64,000 bases of DNA from Antedon mediterranea (taxonomy: Eukaryota; Animalia; Echinodermata), in NCBI RefSeq assembly GCF_964355755.1, contig NC_092671.1, positions 1,364,001 to 1,428,000 of the forward strand. Reading direction: 5' to 3'. Both the position numbers and the translations under genes were made by a program. Positions 49,257-62,832 of this stretch are shown piece after piece. Within the stretch, counting starts at the first letter, position 1. Each line of letters begins with the position of its first letter. Below the pieces are notes generated by a model. That model saw nothing but the letters and a program-made list of their open reading frames with translations, made no database searches and was not told the DNA's origin.

Positions 49257-52125
49257 AGACTACTAGTTTGGAATTTTAAAATCAGCATATATACTGTAAA
49301 AACCTGTTTATGAATTTATGAATATTGTCAAAAAGAATGCATAATTACATAGTACTAGCACACAATAGATGAATGAATTTGTGATGCATTTATCAACAGA
49401 AGCATCATCAACACTCACTGTGACAATTGAGTTCAGAGTGAATTCATCCACAGGCATTAAGGTCCAATGGTTCTTCGATCTTCTATTATTAGCCTCTCAA
49501 TCATTGTCATCAACTCTCAACAACATGCATTACTCACATCAGTCTTGCTACGTAATTACTTAAAGTTTTCGATACTTAAATTTTGAATAATCAATCCTAT
49601 GTTTATATCTCCATGATCTGAATATATTAAATTAGTTTTTCTTTTTAATATAAAAACACTTTTGCATACATCAACCATACAATCAATAAGACGTACATCC
49701 CAGGATAAAAAATATCACCAGCTTTAAAATGGAAATACATACCAAATACAACGTATATTGATGTCTTCGTTTTAATATGCATTTAAACTCTCCAAAAAAG
49801 ACACCACTAGACTATCCCTAAAATTTTAATTTTCCGCAAATTTTAGTTTTCTTTTGCTATATTCATACAATATATTCAAACTTGGGACTTGACAGTTTTG
49901 TGGTAGAGGGGTGCTTTAGGAACCTATAAATTTCATATCAAAGTCCTCTTTCTGAAGAACATGGGATATTGTGCATTTAAAGTAAGCTAGGCACGAAATA
50001 GACATAAAGATTTACAAGTTGTCCTCTCATAAAAAAGTAAAGCATTTTTGCTTACAACTTTCTGATTAAATGAAATATACAAATACTCATTAATTTTAAC
50101 AATTCATTTTTCAAATTCAACATTTTTACAAATTAAATTTATTCTAATGTTTGAAAATAAATCAAATATACGTTAAAACGTTAACAGTATTATACAGTAA
50201 AATTGACTTAAATCCAGCAGTGAATCATTTTACACATTATGCCATGTATCCGTAATTGTCTGTGAATCCCATAATACCTATTTATTTGTGTGAGATAAAT
50301 CATCCCATGACAATCTGTCACACAATGATAAGTGCAGTGCATCTCTAGAGTACAAGATATAACATAGGTAAGTTGGGTAGCTTACTCAAAAAAATGATCA
50401 CATAATTATTTTAGAGAGAGTGTGGAATGAGCAACCTTTGTTGTAGGGTAGGACCAGTAACTATCCCTCCCACTTCTTGCCAAAGAAAGAAGACCGCTTA
50501 TTTCCAGAGAAAGAAGACCGTTTCTTTCCAAAGAAGACCGCTTCTTTAAAGAGAAATAGTGGATAAAGAGGCCTTTATTGTACAGAGTGGCATAATATTT
50601 AGCATAAATTATTTTTCATTTGGCTCTTCCGAAAGGATATACTTTTTTCCATTTTGCAATTTTAATTTACATAAATTTAAATATTCTGCTTAATACAAAC
50701 ATCATTTATTCTTGATTTACAAGCAAGCAAATACAAAAGACCTACTTTCCTCTCAATCTGCTCTCTCTATGACTCAGCACAAACCCCTGGGGCAAAATTT
50801 GAGGGGAAAGAATATCACTGTGATCCATCCTCTGTGTACCCCCAGATAATCCTTGACGAAATTCCTGAAGGAATATCAAAATCATAAATTATCTGTAATG
50901 TGACAAGGAACGGAAAAACTGAGAAACGTTTCTGTTCAATGAAAATATCGGATAAGGGTTTTTTCGCAAAAGGAAAAATAACCATTTTTTTAATTTTTTT
51001 TTTTTAAAGTTTGAATGCTTTTTTGTTTTTTGCACTGTTATTGTCCGACAATTGAATGTTGTAAAATGTTGTAATAACATCATCATTCTTTGTAGCTACT
51101 GTATATTCTTAAAAATTAAAATGAATTACTTTCAAATTTTTATTTTTTTAAGCTTTTTAAGAAGTGAACATTAATCAAATATTGTTTTTCTCACCGACCC
51201 AAGGTAACATGATGACAAGGATATGAAAACATCAACAAAGTACTTGAGAATAGTGGTTATGAAATAATGCTACTATACAAACAATATTCAATATCTTGAT
51301 GCTACCATAACAAATCAAGGACAGAATTAAATGTAACAACCAGCAATATATGAGCTGGAATCAATGCTAGATTAATAATCATAATGTTTGTGTAACCAGT
51401 AGAAATTTCAAAATAAAAGAAATTAAATAATTTCAAATTTTCTGGTTAGAAACATTATCAAATAATAATCATGTGAAAAAATTATCCTCCAAATAAAAAA
51501 GAAAAACAGGACAAATTTCAAACATCTGGTTAAATAGCGTTCTCGAATGATTGAGAATGGTGGAACGCCATTTTAAAGTTATCGCTGTACAACTTTTAGT
51601 TGTTATGCAAGGTGAGCACATTGTATTTCGGGTAATCTTGCCATTTTTTCGTCAATGACCCCACACCATGTATTTTCCAATAAAAAGGTTATTCTAATGT
51701 CCACAGTGAACATTAGTTGACTAAGACAAATCTTCTAACTCCTTTAATTCAATTATTCTTTTTCGAAAATTCCAACACATCTAAATCCCCGCGATATGAG
51801 TTCACAACGCTACGATACCAACATCAACAGAGTGATTCATACTTCACGATTGATTCTTTAAGTAAACGAGATCATCAACGCACAATGTACATACACCAGA
51901 CAGATGGTTAAGGTAATGCACCAGTGTTTATTTTAGTACGTTACTAACATAGTACAAAATGTTGTTAGTCACAACAGTCGTATATTAATTCTTATTAATA
52001 ATGATCTTGCAAAATATTTTTTTGGTCTGATATATTGTTTGGACAATGAGAAAAGTCATGGTTAGAAAACTAGATAACAAAATTGTTTTCTAAATCATTA
52101 TAATCTCAATATTTTTTTTAATGTG

Positions 52126-52246
52126 AAGTAGAATCTCTCTATCAAGAGGACACCTTCGGGACCCAACAAAGTGTCCTTACAAGGATGTCCTTTTAATAGG
52201 AGGTGTCGTCTTAATAGGAGTATCCCCTGATTAGAGGTTGGCTGTA
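52126..52246. mobile_element. Decayed short copy of the pogo/Tigger-like MITE
   Basis: AGTAGAATCTCTCTATCAAGAGGACACCTTCGGGACCC..GTGTCC..TTAATAGGAG..AGAGGTTGGCTGTA. Confidence 0.65.
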
Positions 52247-52371
52247 GTTTAAACACAATTTACATAAAAAGTAAAAGTCAAACTTTTTATTCATTTTGCA
52301 ATTGAAAAAATCTTAATGCTTGTAATTTACTGTGTACAAATCAAATAAAATAATTATAATTAATTAAAATA

Positions 52372-52540
52372 CTTGCCCTGATAAAGGACTAGTGTTGCCC
52401 GAAGGCTGTGCTAATTTTTTTGGCTATTTTACTTTATCATTTTGATTTAGTCTTTTGCTTATTTTATTTTGTATCTCCATTGAGATCCAGCCACTAATAC
52501 CCACACAATTCATTTTTTCAGTAATTTGCCTTTGGATTGA
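52372..52540 (+). mobile_element. Possible Penelope-like pLTR remnant with degenerate hammerhead ribozyme core
   Basis: CTGATAA-AGGAC-TAGTGTT-GCCC-GAAG resembles CUGANGA..stem II..GAAA, followed by a T-rich stretch and GAGATCCAGCCAC. Confidence 0.45.
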
Positions 52541-53222
52541 TAATTAATTAATACAGATATAAAAACACATCAAAAACTACAATAATTATGCTTAAAATTT
52601 AGATTAAAATATTTAATGCCAGATGGCATAGAAGAGCAAAAGGAATGATTGGTAATAGCAATATTTTAATATAAATAGTTTGTTGTAAAAAAAAAATATT
52701 CAAGGAAAATATCAATCATCTTTATTCTTTAGGAACAGATGTTCAATAAATAAAATATTAATAAAAAATGAAAATTATTATAAAAATAAGTTAATTTGAT
52801 TTGATATATACTCTATTTATAAATCATTATCACAGTCTAAATCTTGAGTACGCAAACATTATGTTAACCTCTTCAAACTTAATTTACAGTCAACACATTA
52901 CATGTCTTATTTACTGTCATGTGTATTCATACCGTGACATAAGTTCATTTTATGTCATCTCCGTATCTCAAATGGTCTTTTTCTTGTGTACATATCAAGG
53001 ACTTACAAAATCAAAGCCAAGTTTATTAGTTTTAATAATATTATTTTAAGTTAAACAATCATTTATCTTAACTTAATTCATTCTGAATTAAGTTAACTGA
53101 TGTTATTGTATTTAACTTCAAATTCCATTGTCTCGCAAGTGATCTTTAATGATGAATGAATAGGTAATATTGTGGGGATCCAAAATGGAAAAAATATAGC
53201 AAATGTAGCAAATATAGTCTAA

Positions 53223-53383
53223 AGCTCTGTATAGACTATCATACTAGCTTGACAAAAAAGTGTGATATGCCTAAATATGGTAGTGATATGCCCAAATATG
53301 GTAGTGATACGACATCATCATGTTGTCCAAATATTATAAGCACTTTTTTTTGTCACATAAAGTTTGATAGTGTAGACAAGGCT
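53223..53383. mobile_element. PIF/Harbinger-like MITE
   Basis: TAA|AGCTCTGT..GTAGACAAGGCT|TTA, with TWA flanks. Confidence 0.78.
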
Positions 53384-56300
53384 TTAGAGATAAAGAAAGC
53401 CTGGCACAGTTTGAGTAACTACAAAAATAGCAAATCTAGGCACTATACAAAATCTTCATTCTTCAGAAATTAAGGGAAGATTTAAAACTAAGGGGAGATG
53501 ATCAATAAGCTAACTTCTTGTTTCGTCCTTTCCCTGCACTTTGTTGACAAAAAAACATGTACTTTATTGTGTTATATTATTGTGGTAGTATGCCTCAGTC
53601 AATTAGATTAAAGGGACAATGAATGTCACTATAAATTTCTAATTTTTCAGAAAATCCACATGATACACGTCAAACTCAAAGCAGAAATGTGAAACATATA
53701 TTTTAGACATAAGTAGAAAATTAACAAATGTCTTGTTGAACTTGTGCCATAAATGAGTTGTCATTTTTCTGAGAACCCAATTTTTTTCAGAGATTAATTA
53801 ATGTTCAAGAAAACAAATTATGAGTTACCTCATTTTTTGGCACATGTTTTCTGGGAAATAATTTTTTTTGCAAAAAATGTAATTAATGAATATGCAAAAA
53901 AAGAAAATTGTTAAAGATCCTAATCTTGATAGTAAAAAATCTAATATTTTTTACTGTATCTCAATAAAATGACAGAATTTGTTATTTTTATTTTATTGTT
54001 TGAAAACTATAAATTCTGATGGAGATGTCTTAAGGATAATAGATAACTTAAGATGGATAAACAAAAAGAGGGATTAAAAAAGGTTGCCCGATTGATTAAA
54101 TGCCAAGAGGGTTTATCAGTCTGCTAAGATGATCAATCTACGCATCTCAAATCAAACTAGACATCGTTATTAACATAATTAAAAAGTTTATAATAGGAAT
54201 GAGGACTGTTTACCGCACATGAGACAAACCTAGTTTTACTTTCTAACGTGACTGTCTTTTGTATTTAATTATTTGGAAGAGTTAGTTGTTCAAAATGAAT
54301 GACGTGTCTAGTACCCAATTTAGCTGTCAAACACTACGTGCATTATTACTACTGTACAACATTCAAAATGACAGCACTCATGATGTTACTGACTCATTGG
54401 GAAAATTGCCATTGTTAAAAAAAAGATTCTTTTTAAATAAAAGGTTATTATTGTTGGATTTAAATTTTATTGTTCTAATATCTGAATATATATTTACCTA
54501 ATAAATATAACATTTTGATCGTTTATTTAATTAGCTTCTCATTAATAAAATAGACACAAGACCTAAAAATGTATATGACCCCAGATATAATCCCATGGTC
54601 CTCATGTATAATCCCACCCTAAATATCTTGATGCCATGGGATTGTACTCAGTCATATAAGTATTTTACGCTAATGTAAATATCTAAATTTATATTTAATT
54701 TTTTAATACAATATATTATTTAAATGCTTAGTGAAAAGAGTATACAAATTACACATAACAAATTATTTAAATGATAAAAAAAAACATGAATATTAAATAT
54801 CAAAAAATGTTTTTATAAATAAATGTCATTCTAGCATCATAGTGCGATACAAACATGAACATGAAAAAACCTTCCAGAATTCAATCAATACAAATAACAA
54901 AAGCACTCAAGAGGAATATCCAGTCAATAAATAGCAGACGACACTATCCCATGGATCTTACCTTCTTTATTTTCTGGTTGTTCTTTTCCCATTTCCATAA
55001 CATCACAGCCATAATTGTTTTGGAATTTGTTACGTATTTAAAATCCCTGTATTAATCTCCCTGGCATCCAGCAACAAAAACAACCCTTCAAATAGCTGCC
55101 ATCCTTTTAATTCTGACAGCTCGTCTATGTACATACTACAGTACATAGATTCTATAGTGATTTACTCCTAACAGGGCCTTTGGACACAACCATTCATCAA
55201 AAGGGGTGAATAGTAAAGCATGTATTAGACAACTGTGACTATTCAACCGTAAATCAATATTACAACCTTCTAATACAATGACACTAAGTATATACTTAAT
55301 TATCCAGGGACAACTATAAATAATTTAATTACTTTACAATTAAATAAATAAAATAATGAAATTAATTTCAATTAAAAATTTAAAGAATTATGATTTTGTT
55401 ATCCCTTGATAAAAATGATTCATTCCACAATATTTTCAATAATTTTACTCAATGAAACAGCATTGTATTGCTTGGAATATATTCATGAATAATGGAACGG
55501 TCTTTGGAAAGAGGGTTAATTTATATGCTGCCATGGCAACATGTGCACATCATTCTAATCATTATTGCAAATAATTAGGTGATTAAAGATTGGTTGAGAA
55601 ATAAAAAGAGCACTTCTCAGTTGTCATGACTACCATGGAAACTAACATAAAGTAGGATTGGAATTACATGATATGAAGATTATGAATTATGCAAATGAAC
55701 AACATCTGCTAATATATAATTACGTAAATATCATGTTTAATAAGAAAATATGATATTTATGTCAATAATGCTAATGAGATGTCAACTTTGAATTTGTTAT
55801 TATTATAATTTAGTATGTATTTATTTTTTTCATGTTTTCATACACTATCAATTTTGCTAAACCCAACACATCTATAGTATTACACAGTAGACATACAACA
55901 TCCTCAAAAGCCTTCCATTTTCACCCTCTGACTTTTTTTATATAAACATTTTGGATTCTAACATTTATTATCATGGAAAAACAGTGAATGACGACATTTA
56001 TATTCATTTTATTTTTTTTTTTTTACTTTTCAAAATCAACTTTTATTTTGTTAAATTTCGTACATATCTAACACAGCAAGTAACTCGTCAAACAGCATTT
56101 GTTTAAATCCCAAAACAATTATTTCCAGGACTACTTTTCTGTTACAGTTACGTTATTTATTAATGTTCTATCAATTTTTAGTAATCAATAAATTCAACAT
56201 ATAATTACTTTAAAGTCAACATGTCATTTTTCAAACTAAATTGAAATTAAAATCCTAATAATCTACAATACTTTAAAATGTATGTACTTTTTGTTATCAT

Positions 56301-57399
56301 AAGTAACTAATTTAGGTCACACATTTTAATACAATCGTCCGAATTCACGACAGGTCAACTTGGGTCACAAAAAATTAGTTTCTAATAATAAATCTATCAA
56401 TGAATTGTTCAATCCAAATAAATTTTGGTCTACAATTAAATGGGACACACATGTGTGCATTTGTTGTAGTGTGCAAAGCCAACTTTATTAGTGCGTGCTT
56501 AAATACCAGCTTTGTCTATAAATTAAGCGCTCCTTATATAAACTATCGCTCCAACTAAAGCCTCTCGTCAATTAGAAACTACAGTAACTTTTCTCATTTA
56601 CGGTACGTACACATCTGAGCGTTGGTATTTCATGATCATAATCCAACAACATTATGTATTATATTTATAATGTTATTTTATCATCTAATACTGTATGCCT
56701 TATAAATTTTATTTTATTTTTTTTAATATACATAATCATAAAAGTTTTGTATATAACATATTTACACCAGCTGCATATCCAAAATATTTTAGCTTCTTCA
56801 GTTTTTTTTTCAAATAGTTACAGCCGAGTTGTGTGTTCTATTGGTACTATTTTGTTCTATACATCCTCAACAAAATAACCAGTATTATAAATTAATTTTT
56901 GTTTCAATAATAATGTCTATTGGGTAATAACAAATATTAATATAATATTGATTAGACTGCAGTGTCCCAGGAGTACCATACTAAATTCACTTCTATGCTA
57001 AGGAATTTACGTGAGATAATTGGCATGGAAATGATGGTGAGTGGACAGTAGAAATTAAACAGCTAGCTAGTAGTAACACACCAATATAACTATAGTATTA
57101 AGTAGACTAGAATTTTAAGTTGCACATCCTATACTTGGCATTCCTTATACCATCCTTATTTTTATAGTCCACTTTAGTGATATATGCAACAACGCCTATA
57201 TGTAAAATAGATTATTAATTTAATTCTAATTTTTTGGAGAATACTGAATTTTTAAATAATTGTTTTACATCAGTTTACATAAAATAAATATGTCATGACA
57301 AATCATAAATGATACATTAAACACTTTAGGACAGAAAGTCTGCTTCAAAGTTCAATTGCTCGAGCCTTTCAGGCAGAGGCACCGTTTACCGTACTTAAA

Positions 57400-57498
57400 G
57401 CGCGTATATTGGCATGGGTTTGAGGCCGACTTGCTACTACTGTAGTTTCTGGTGGTGAAACAAGTCTTCTCGGATAAGTACTATAAACCGTAGATCCA
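57400..57498 (+). mobile_element. Decayed fragment of the Deu/Nin-type SINE
   Basis: TTCTGGTGGTGAAACAAGTCTTCTCGGATAAGTACTATAAACCGTAGATCCA matches 6083-6135. Confidence 0.75.
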
Positions 57499-58129
57499 AA
57501 GATCTATTTTTGAGAATTGTTCAATAAATTAGACTATTTGAAATTGAAAGTTGTCTTCAAATTGTGCATTTTTATTGAAATGTGGCAGTATGGTTTTTTT
57601 GTTGAATTTTCCGATCTGCTCCGCCTACCATCTCTATTCAACTAACATTGACACTCAAACATAAACAGCTATTATAGGATGTGAACTTGTAAAATTGGCA
57701 CTTTAAATTGAGGTAGTTTTCAACGCGTTGTTTTCATTGTACACAGAGTCTGTAGTCCATGGCAGCTGCTCTGCAACATGAATCTCTATTTCTATTCAAA
57801 TACTGTAAAATTGCTTAAGTGTTTATAATTTATCTCACGCAACACTAAGGTACCTTTGGTATATTACACCTGTCATGGATGAAAAGACTGGATAGTTCAA
57901 ACACGGAGTAGCTCCATGGTTCAAACATCGAGTAGCTCATTGGTTCAAACATGGGCCATAAAGCTGAAATGAACTGGGAGTTAGTTGATATAAATATTAT
58001 CTATACAATTTATATCTATTTTAATGTAATTTATTATCTAACAATAATAGTACTCAAGCAGAACCAATTATACAAGTAATCAATTTATCAAATAAGTCAT
58101 ACTGTATTTATCTTCTAATTTATAAGGTA

Positions 58130-58327
58130 GGGTAGGTAAAGTCGAAACCAAGCTAATGCTAACGGCCGTAGTGCCCATCTCCATTTCTATCACCTGGGTG
58201 GGGAGGAACAATGTGGATAAAGAATCTTGCTCAAGGACTCAACACTGCAGTGACCGAGCCGGGGCTGGAACCGACTACCTCTTGATTGCAAGTCCAATGC
58301 TCTAATCATTGCGCCACAGTGCTCCAC
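58130..58327 (-). mobile_element. tRNA-derived SINE (CORE-like)
   Basis: Minus strand GGAGCACTGTGGCGCAATGATTAGAGCATTGGACTTGCAATC..GGTTCCAGCCC, then GTCCTTGAGCAAG..TTTATCC..CCACCCAGGTG. Confidence 0.75.
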
Positions 58328-61300
58328 AATCTAATTTATAATAATGATAAATCCTGAAACACTTAAAACAATTTACCAAAATGAAAAAAAGTACAACTTA
58401 AAGGCTGGCATGAACATGGGATACTTCACTTCTTAAAGAGGTGGAACTAACGTATAGTAAAACAGATACCACTTCACAAGCATTCTTTCACTAAATGATA
58501 GGGGAGAAATCAAGACTAGGTGCTGTGGTATGACGTTTCTAGGTCTTCTGCTGCCTTGTTTTTTTCTGTTGAAAGCATACATAGGGATATTTTATTTTAT
58601 TTTTTGCATTTAAATAAGGGAACTCTTATACATGAGTCCAGTCCCAGTGATGCAGCCACAAGAAATAAAGTGGTGTGTTTGTTGTTGTTTGCAAGAAAAG
58701 GGAACAATCCTCTGTGCAACCCTACCCACTGGGTTGTCAAAGGCCTGTGAAAAAGTGGTCAGGTTGAAACCTTACCAACCGTACTGGTCCATCTTCTCAA
58801 TGTGGACCAGAAACCAACTTCGTTTCACCAAGATGGAATAAAACTAAGTAAAGTATACTGCAAGGTTTAAGTATCAACTTAAATCATTAAGCATTTGGAT
58901 TACATGTAAAATGACAACTGTTACAGCAACGTAAAGGGGAGTCTTAGCAAGAACTTAACTTAATTTACTTTCATCTATTATAGATTACAGCATTCTTGTT
59001 CTACCAGGTGGCTACTAAGATGCAATTTAGATATGAAATGGGTACATCAAGTGGAATCAAGATCTGGAGCTGACATAATATCAATCCATCTCAAGAATGA
59101 TGACAATCTTAAAGCTAGTAGTAGAATAATTAAATTATCAGTGGGAATTGCGATAAAGAACAATGGAAAATCAACATTTAACTTCACAACACTAATATTT
59201 ATCTAAACATTATTTAAAATAACGCGTAAATTGTTGCTGTTTTTCTTTCAAATTTGTAAAAAAGATTCATAGGGTTTCTATTGAAAGTATATACAAAATT
59301 ATACAAAATTAATTAGAAGGTAAATCATCACTTTTACACCATTTCTACAGTATTTTAATAGTGGCAAACACTCTAATTGTTTTTGAATAATGTATAAATT
59401 GTGTATTTTAATGGCAACCGTGTTCTCGTTTGTCTAAAGCCAACTCTCATCATTCTGTTGATAGAATAATTCAGAGGATGAAATTAATGTTTTGTTTACT
59501 ATAGTATTATTTTACTTTATGATAATTACATGTATTTTGAAATTAAATGTTATTTTATAACGATGACATTAATTTAATTTTGAAAAACTGTGGCATTCTA
59601 ACGAATGATAATTAAAAGCTGATATTTAATTGCCAATAAACATATTTTCCAACATTAAATATCCGTAAATAAAAAAAAAGAGATATATATAATACTGTGA
59701 ACAACCATGCTATATATCATGTGAAAAGTAATCATCTTATATCACTTCAGGCAAATAAATTTAACAAACTGACAGCGTTTTACATCCTCTCTTTTTAACC
59801 TAATGTATTTATCATAAAATATATTTAGAACATTCTATAACAGCAGACGTGTTATATATTCCATGTAGCTACATTTTCCACATAGTGAATTGCAAAGATT
59901 AAGTGTGTTGAAAATTGAATTACTTCAACATGAACATGTGTTAATTTTATAATTAAAATTAAGTTTAAAATGTACTTTTATTTTGGACTGTAGCCTATTT
60001 GTTTCTAATGATAACCAGGTGACATAAAGTAATTTTTTTAATTATATTAAAATTGACAAATGTGCATGATGCTAAAATACATAAGACTGTACTTGGGAAA
60101 TAAGCGTGAGCTAAAGTAATGACTCATGGATAATGGAATAATTATGTTTATTCTTAGGCTGACAAACTAATTGGCCTACGGAATTATTGATTAATTTCTG
60201 AAATGTATGCTTGATATGCTCTGTCATTGACGCTGGCAATCTAACACATTTAAAATAGGTTAGGTATTTAAATATGATATAATATTAAAATTATGCTGCA
60301 TAACATAAATTGTATATAATATGTAGAACAATATTAATTTGAAACCCGAGTTGCAATTCAATTGTTATTGTCTGTATATTTATGCATATTAATTTCTGTC
60401 CGTCATAGACGCTGACAGAATTGTAAATTTAAAATAGGTTAGAAATAAAGAAATTGAATATAATATTAATACAGTACAGTGAAAATGGTGATAACAATGA
60501 TACATTTGAGAAAATTCTGTTTTGGTTTTTTATTTTGTATGAATATGATAACACATAGTCCATCATCTATCAATAAAAACATAGAGGGCAGTATACGATA
60601 ATTTTTTTTAAACAAGAAATGAAACACCAGATTCCTAATTAAAGGAAGTATTAAAGATGTTGATATAGCTCCCTTAACCTTGCCAGTTCATGTAATGGAT
60701 AGCCATGAAAAAAACAGTGAAGTGAAGTTGCTTGCATATCCCAGTAAAAGAAAATAAGAATTTATTCTTGCTTTGTGGACTATAAAATATGCTATAGAAC
60801 TTCAGTCTATTAAATCTAGATACACATTTTTCATTAAGTATGTCCTTGGCTAATATCAGTTTTATTTACCATCACCCTTATCCAATCAAGTTTGGTCTAT
60901 TTACCTTGAGTGCTGGTTTTCAGTGATTTGTTTGTTACTGCATTACTTTTACCCAATATATTTTTATTTCAAAACCATAATAATTTTTGGTCAAGGATCA
61001 AAAACCACAGACGATGTCAGTGACCTACTAAGCCATGACAAAACATTTCATTTTTACAATCTATCATATAAAGTCAACATAAGTGTTTCCTCTACTTTGG
61101 AAAAAATAAATACATTTAAAATGTAAATGCTCAAAGCATTATATTGAAATAGAAGCCATTACTAATGGCAACATATCCTTTGAGAAACATATAAATGACA
61201 ATACTGTTTTATTTATATTCATCCATGTTTAATAATAGAATACAGTAAATTGTGCAGGTCTCTGTAGAGGTTAGATGACTATCATACAGAAAGAACCAAT

Positions 61301-61393
61301 AAGAACAACTTGCAGTCCACTGGAAAAATACTAGGGTAGAAAGTGTGCGCATTGAAAGGAACTGGCCACCCTACCACATAATGCTGAGGCTAA

Positions 61394-61528
61394 AGCTCTG
61401 TCTACACTATCAAACTTTATGTGACAAAAAAATATGATGTGCCCATATATGGACATGATGATGTCATATCACCACCATATTTGAGCACACTTTTTTGGTC
61501 AAACTAGTTTGATACTGTAGACAGAGCT
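61394..61528. mobile_element. PIF/Harbinger-like MITE, apparently nested in an older SINE-tail-like sequence
   Basis: TAA|AGCTCTGTCTACACTATCAAACT..AGTTTGATACTGTAGACAGAGCT, near-perfect TIRs. Confidence 0.8.
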
Positions 61529-62013
61529 TTTAGTACAATGAGCTAACAGCTTATTCCTCTACATTCAGAATGAATACCAGATAAACAAATCTATGAGTAC
61601 ATACCAAATGACACTTATGAATCCTCTCAAGGTTCAGCTTAACTGTACAAATATTAAAATTATTGACAATGATCACCATGGCAACAAATTGCTACCAAAT
61701 CTGTACCTGACCTTCACATTAATAAAAGACCATTAGCTTGTCCACCTGTCTGACCATTAGTTTTACCAATTGCCCTGTTGCTAAGCATTCATTAATCCTG
61801 ATGTCATGGTAACAAAATTAATGTTCTGTGAACATTACTAATTCATTTATACCATGGACATCTTTTAATATCTCCAGTTTTAGTTTTCAGGGACATTTAA
61901 TTGTAGCTCTAAATATTTTCCGTCTGAAATTTTATGCTGCATTAAAAAAACTCATATGTTAATATTTTTTTCTGTTTGCTGTAACAACGTATTAGTGACT
62001 TATAATTCATATC

Positions 62014-62832
62014 TATGGAACGCCGTTTACGCAACATTTCGATGATATGAATTTTATGACGCGATATGTGAATGAAATGCATCGATATGAATTGAATGGC
62101 CTGATATATGAATGAAATGTTTTGAATTGAATGCTTTGAATTGAATTTTTTGAATGAAATGTTTTGATTGAAATGTTTTGAATGAAATGTTTTGAATAAA
62201 ATGTTTTGAATGAAATGTTTTGAATGAAATGTTTTGAATGAAATGTTTTGAATGAAATGTTTGAATTGAATTGAAAAGTCAAACTATTGGCGGCGTATGT
62301 CATTCCCGCTCGCGATTTTTTTTCAACCTCTTAATAGGCCTAAGCATGGGTACCCTCATCTCCTTTCAACGCTGTCATCAATATGAATCCTTTACAGAGA
62401 CTCCCTAACAGACCTGAAACATTGGAATACATATTTCCGAACCCAGGTCTGTTAGGATTCTCTGTAAAGGCAGCGTGGAAGAAAGGAGATGAGGGTACCC
62501 AGGCTTAGGCCTAAGAGGTTGAGAAAATAATCGCGAGCGAGAATGACATACGCCACCAATAGTTTGACTTTTCAATTCAATTCAAACATTTCATTCAAAA
62601 CATTTCATTCAAAACATTTCATTTAAAACATTTCATTCAAAACATTTCATTCAAAACATTTCATTCAAAACATTTCATTCAAAACATTTCATTCAAAATA
62701 TTCAATTCAAAGCATTCAATTCAAAACATTTCATTCATATATCGCACCATTTAATTCATATCGATGCATTTCATTCACATATCGCGTCATAAAATTCATA
62801 TCATCGAAATCTTGCGTAAACGGCGTTCCATA
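62014..62832. mobile_element. Non-autonomous IS3EU-like foldback DNA transposon
   Basis: TATGGAACGCCGTTTACGCAA..TTGCGTAAACGGCGTTCCATA termini and 6-bp TSD CATATC (62008-62013, 62833-62838). The arms of ~390-410 bp contain 14-bp arrays (GAATGAAATGTTTT)n. TAY..RTA ends with 6-bp TSDs characterise IS3EU. Confidence 0.82.

Noticed and set aside
62013-62303. 96-aa ORF
   Set aside because: Translation of the 14-bp array in the foldback arm.
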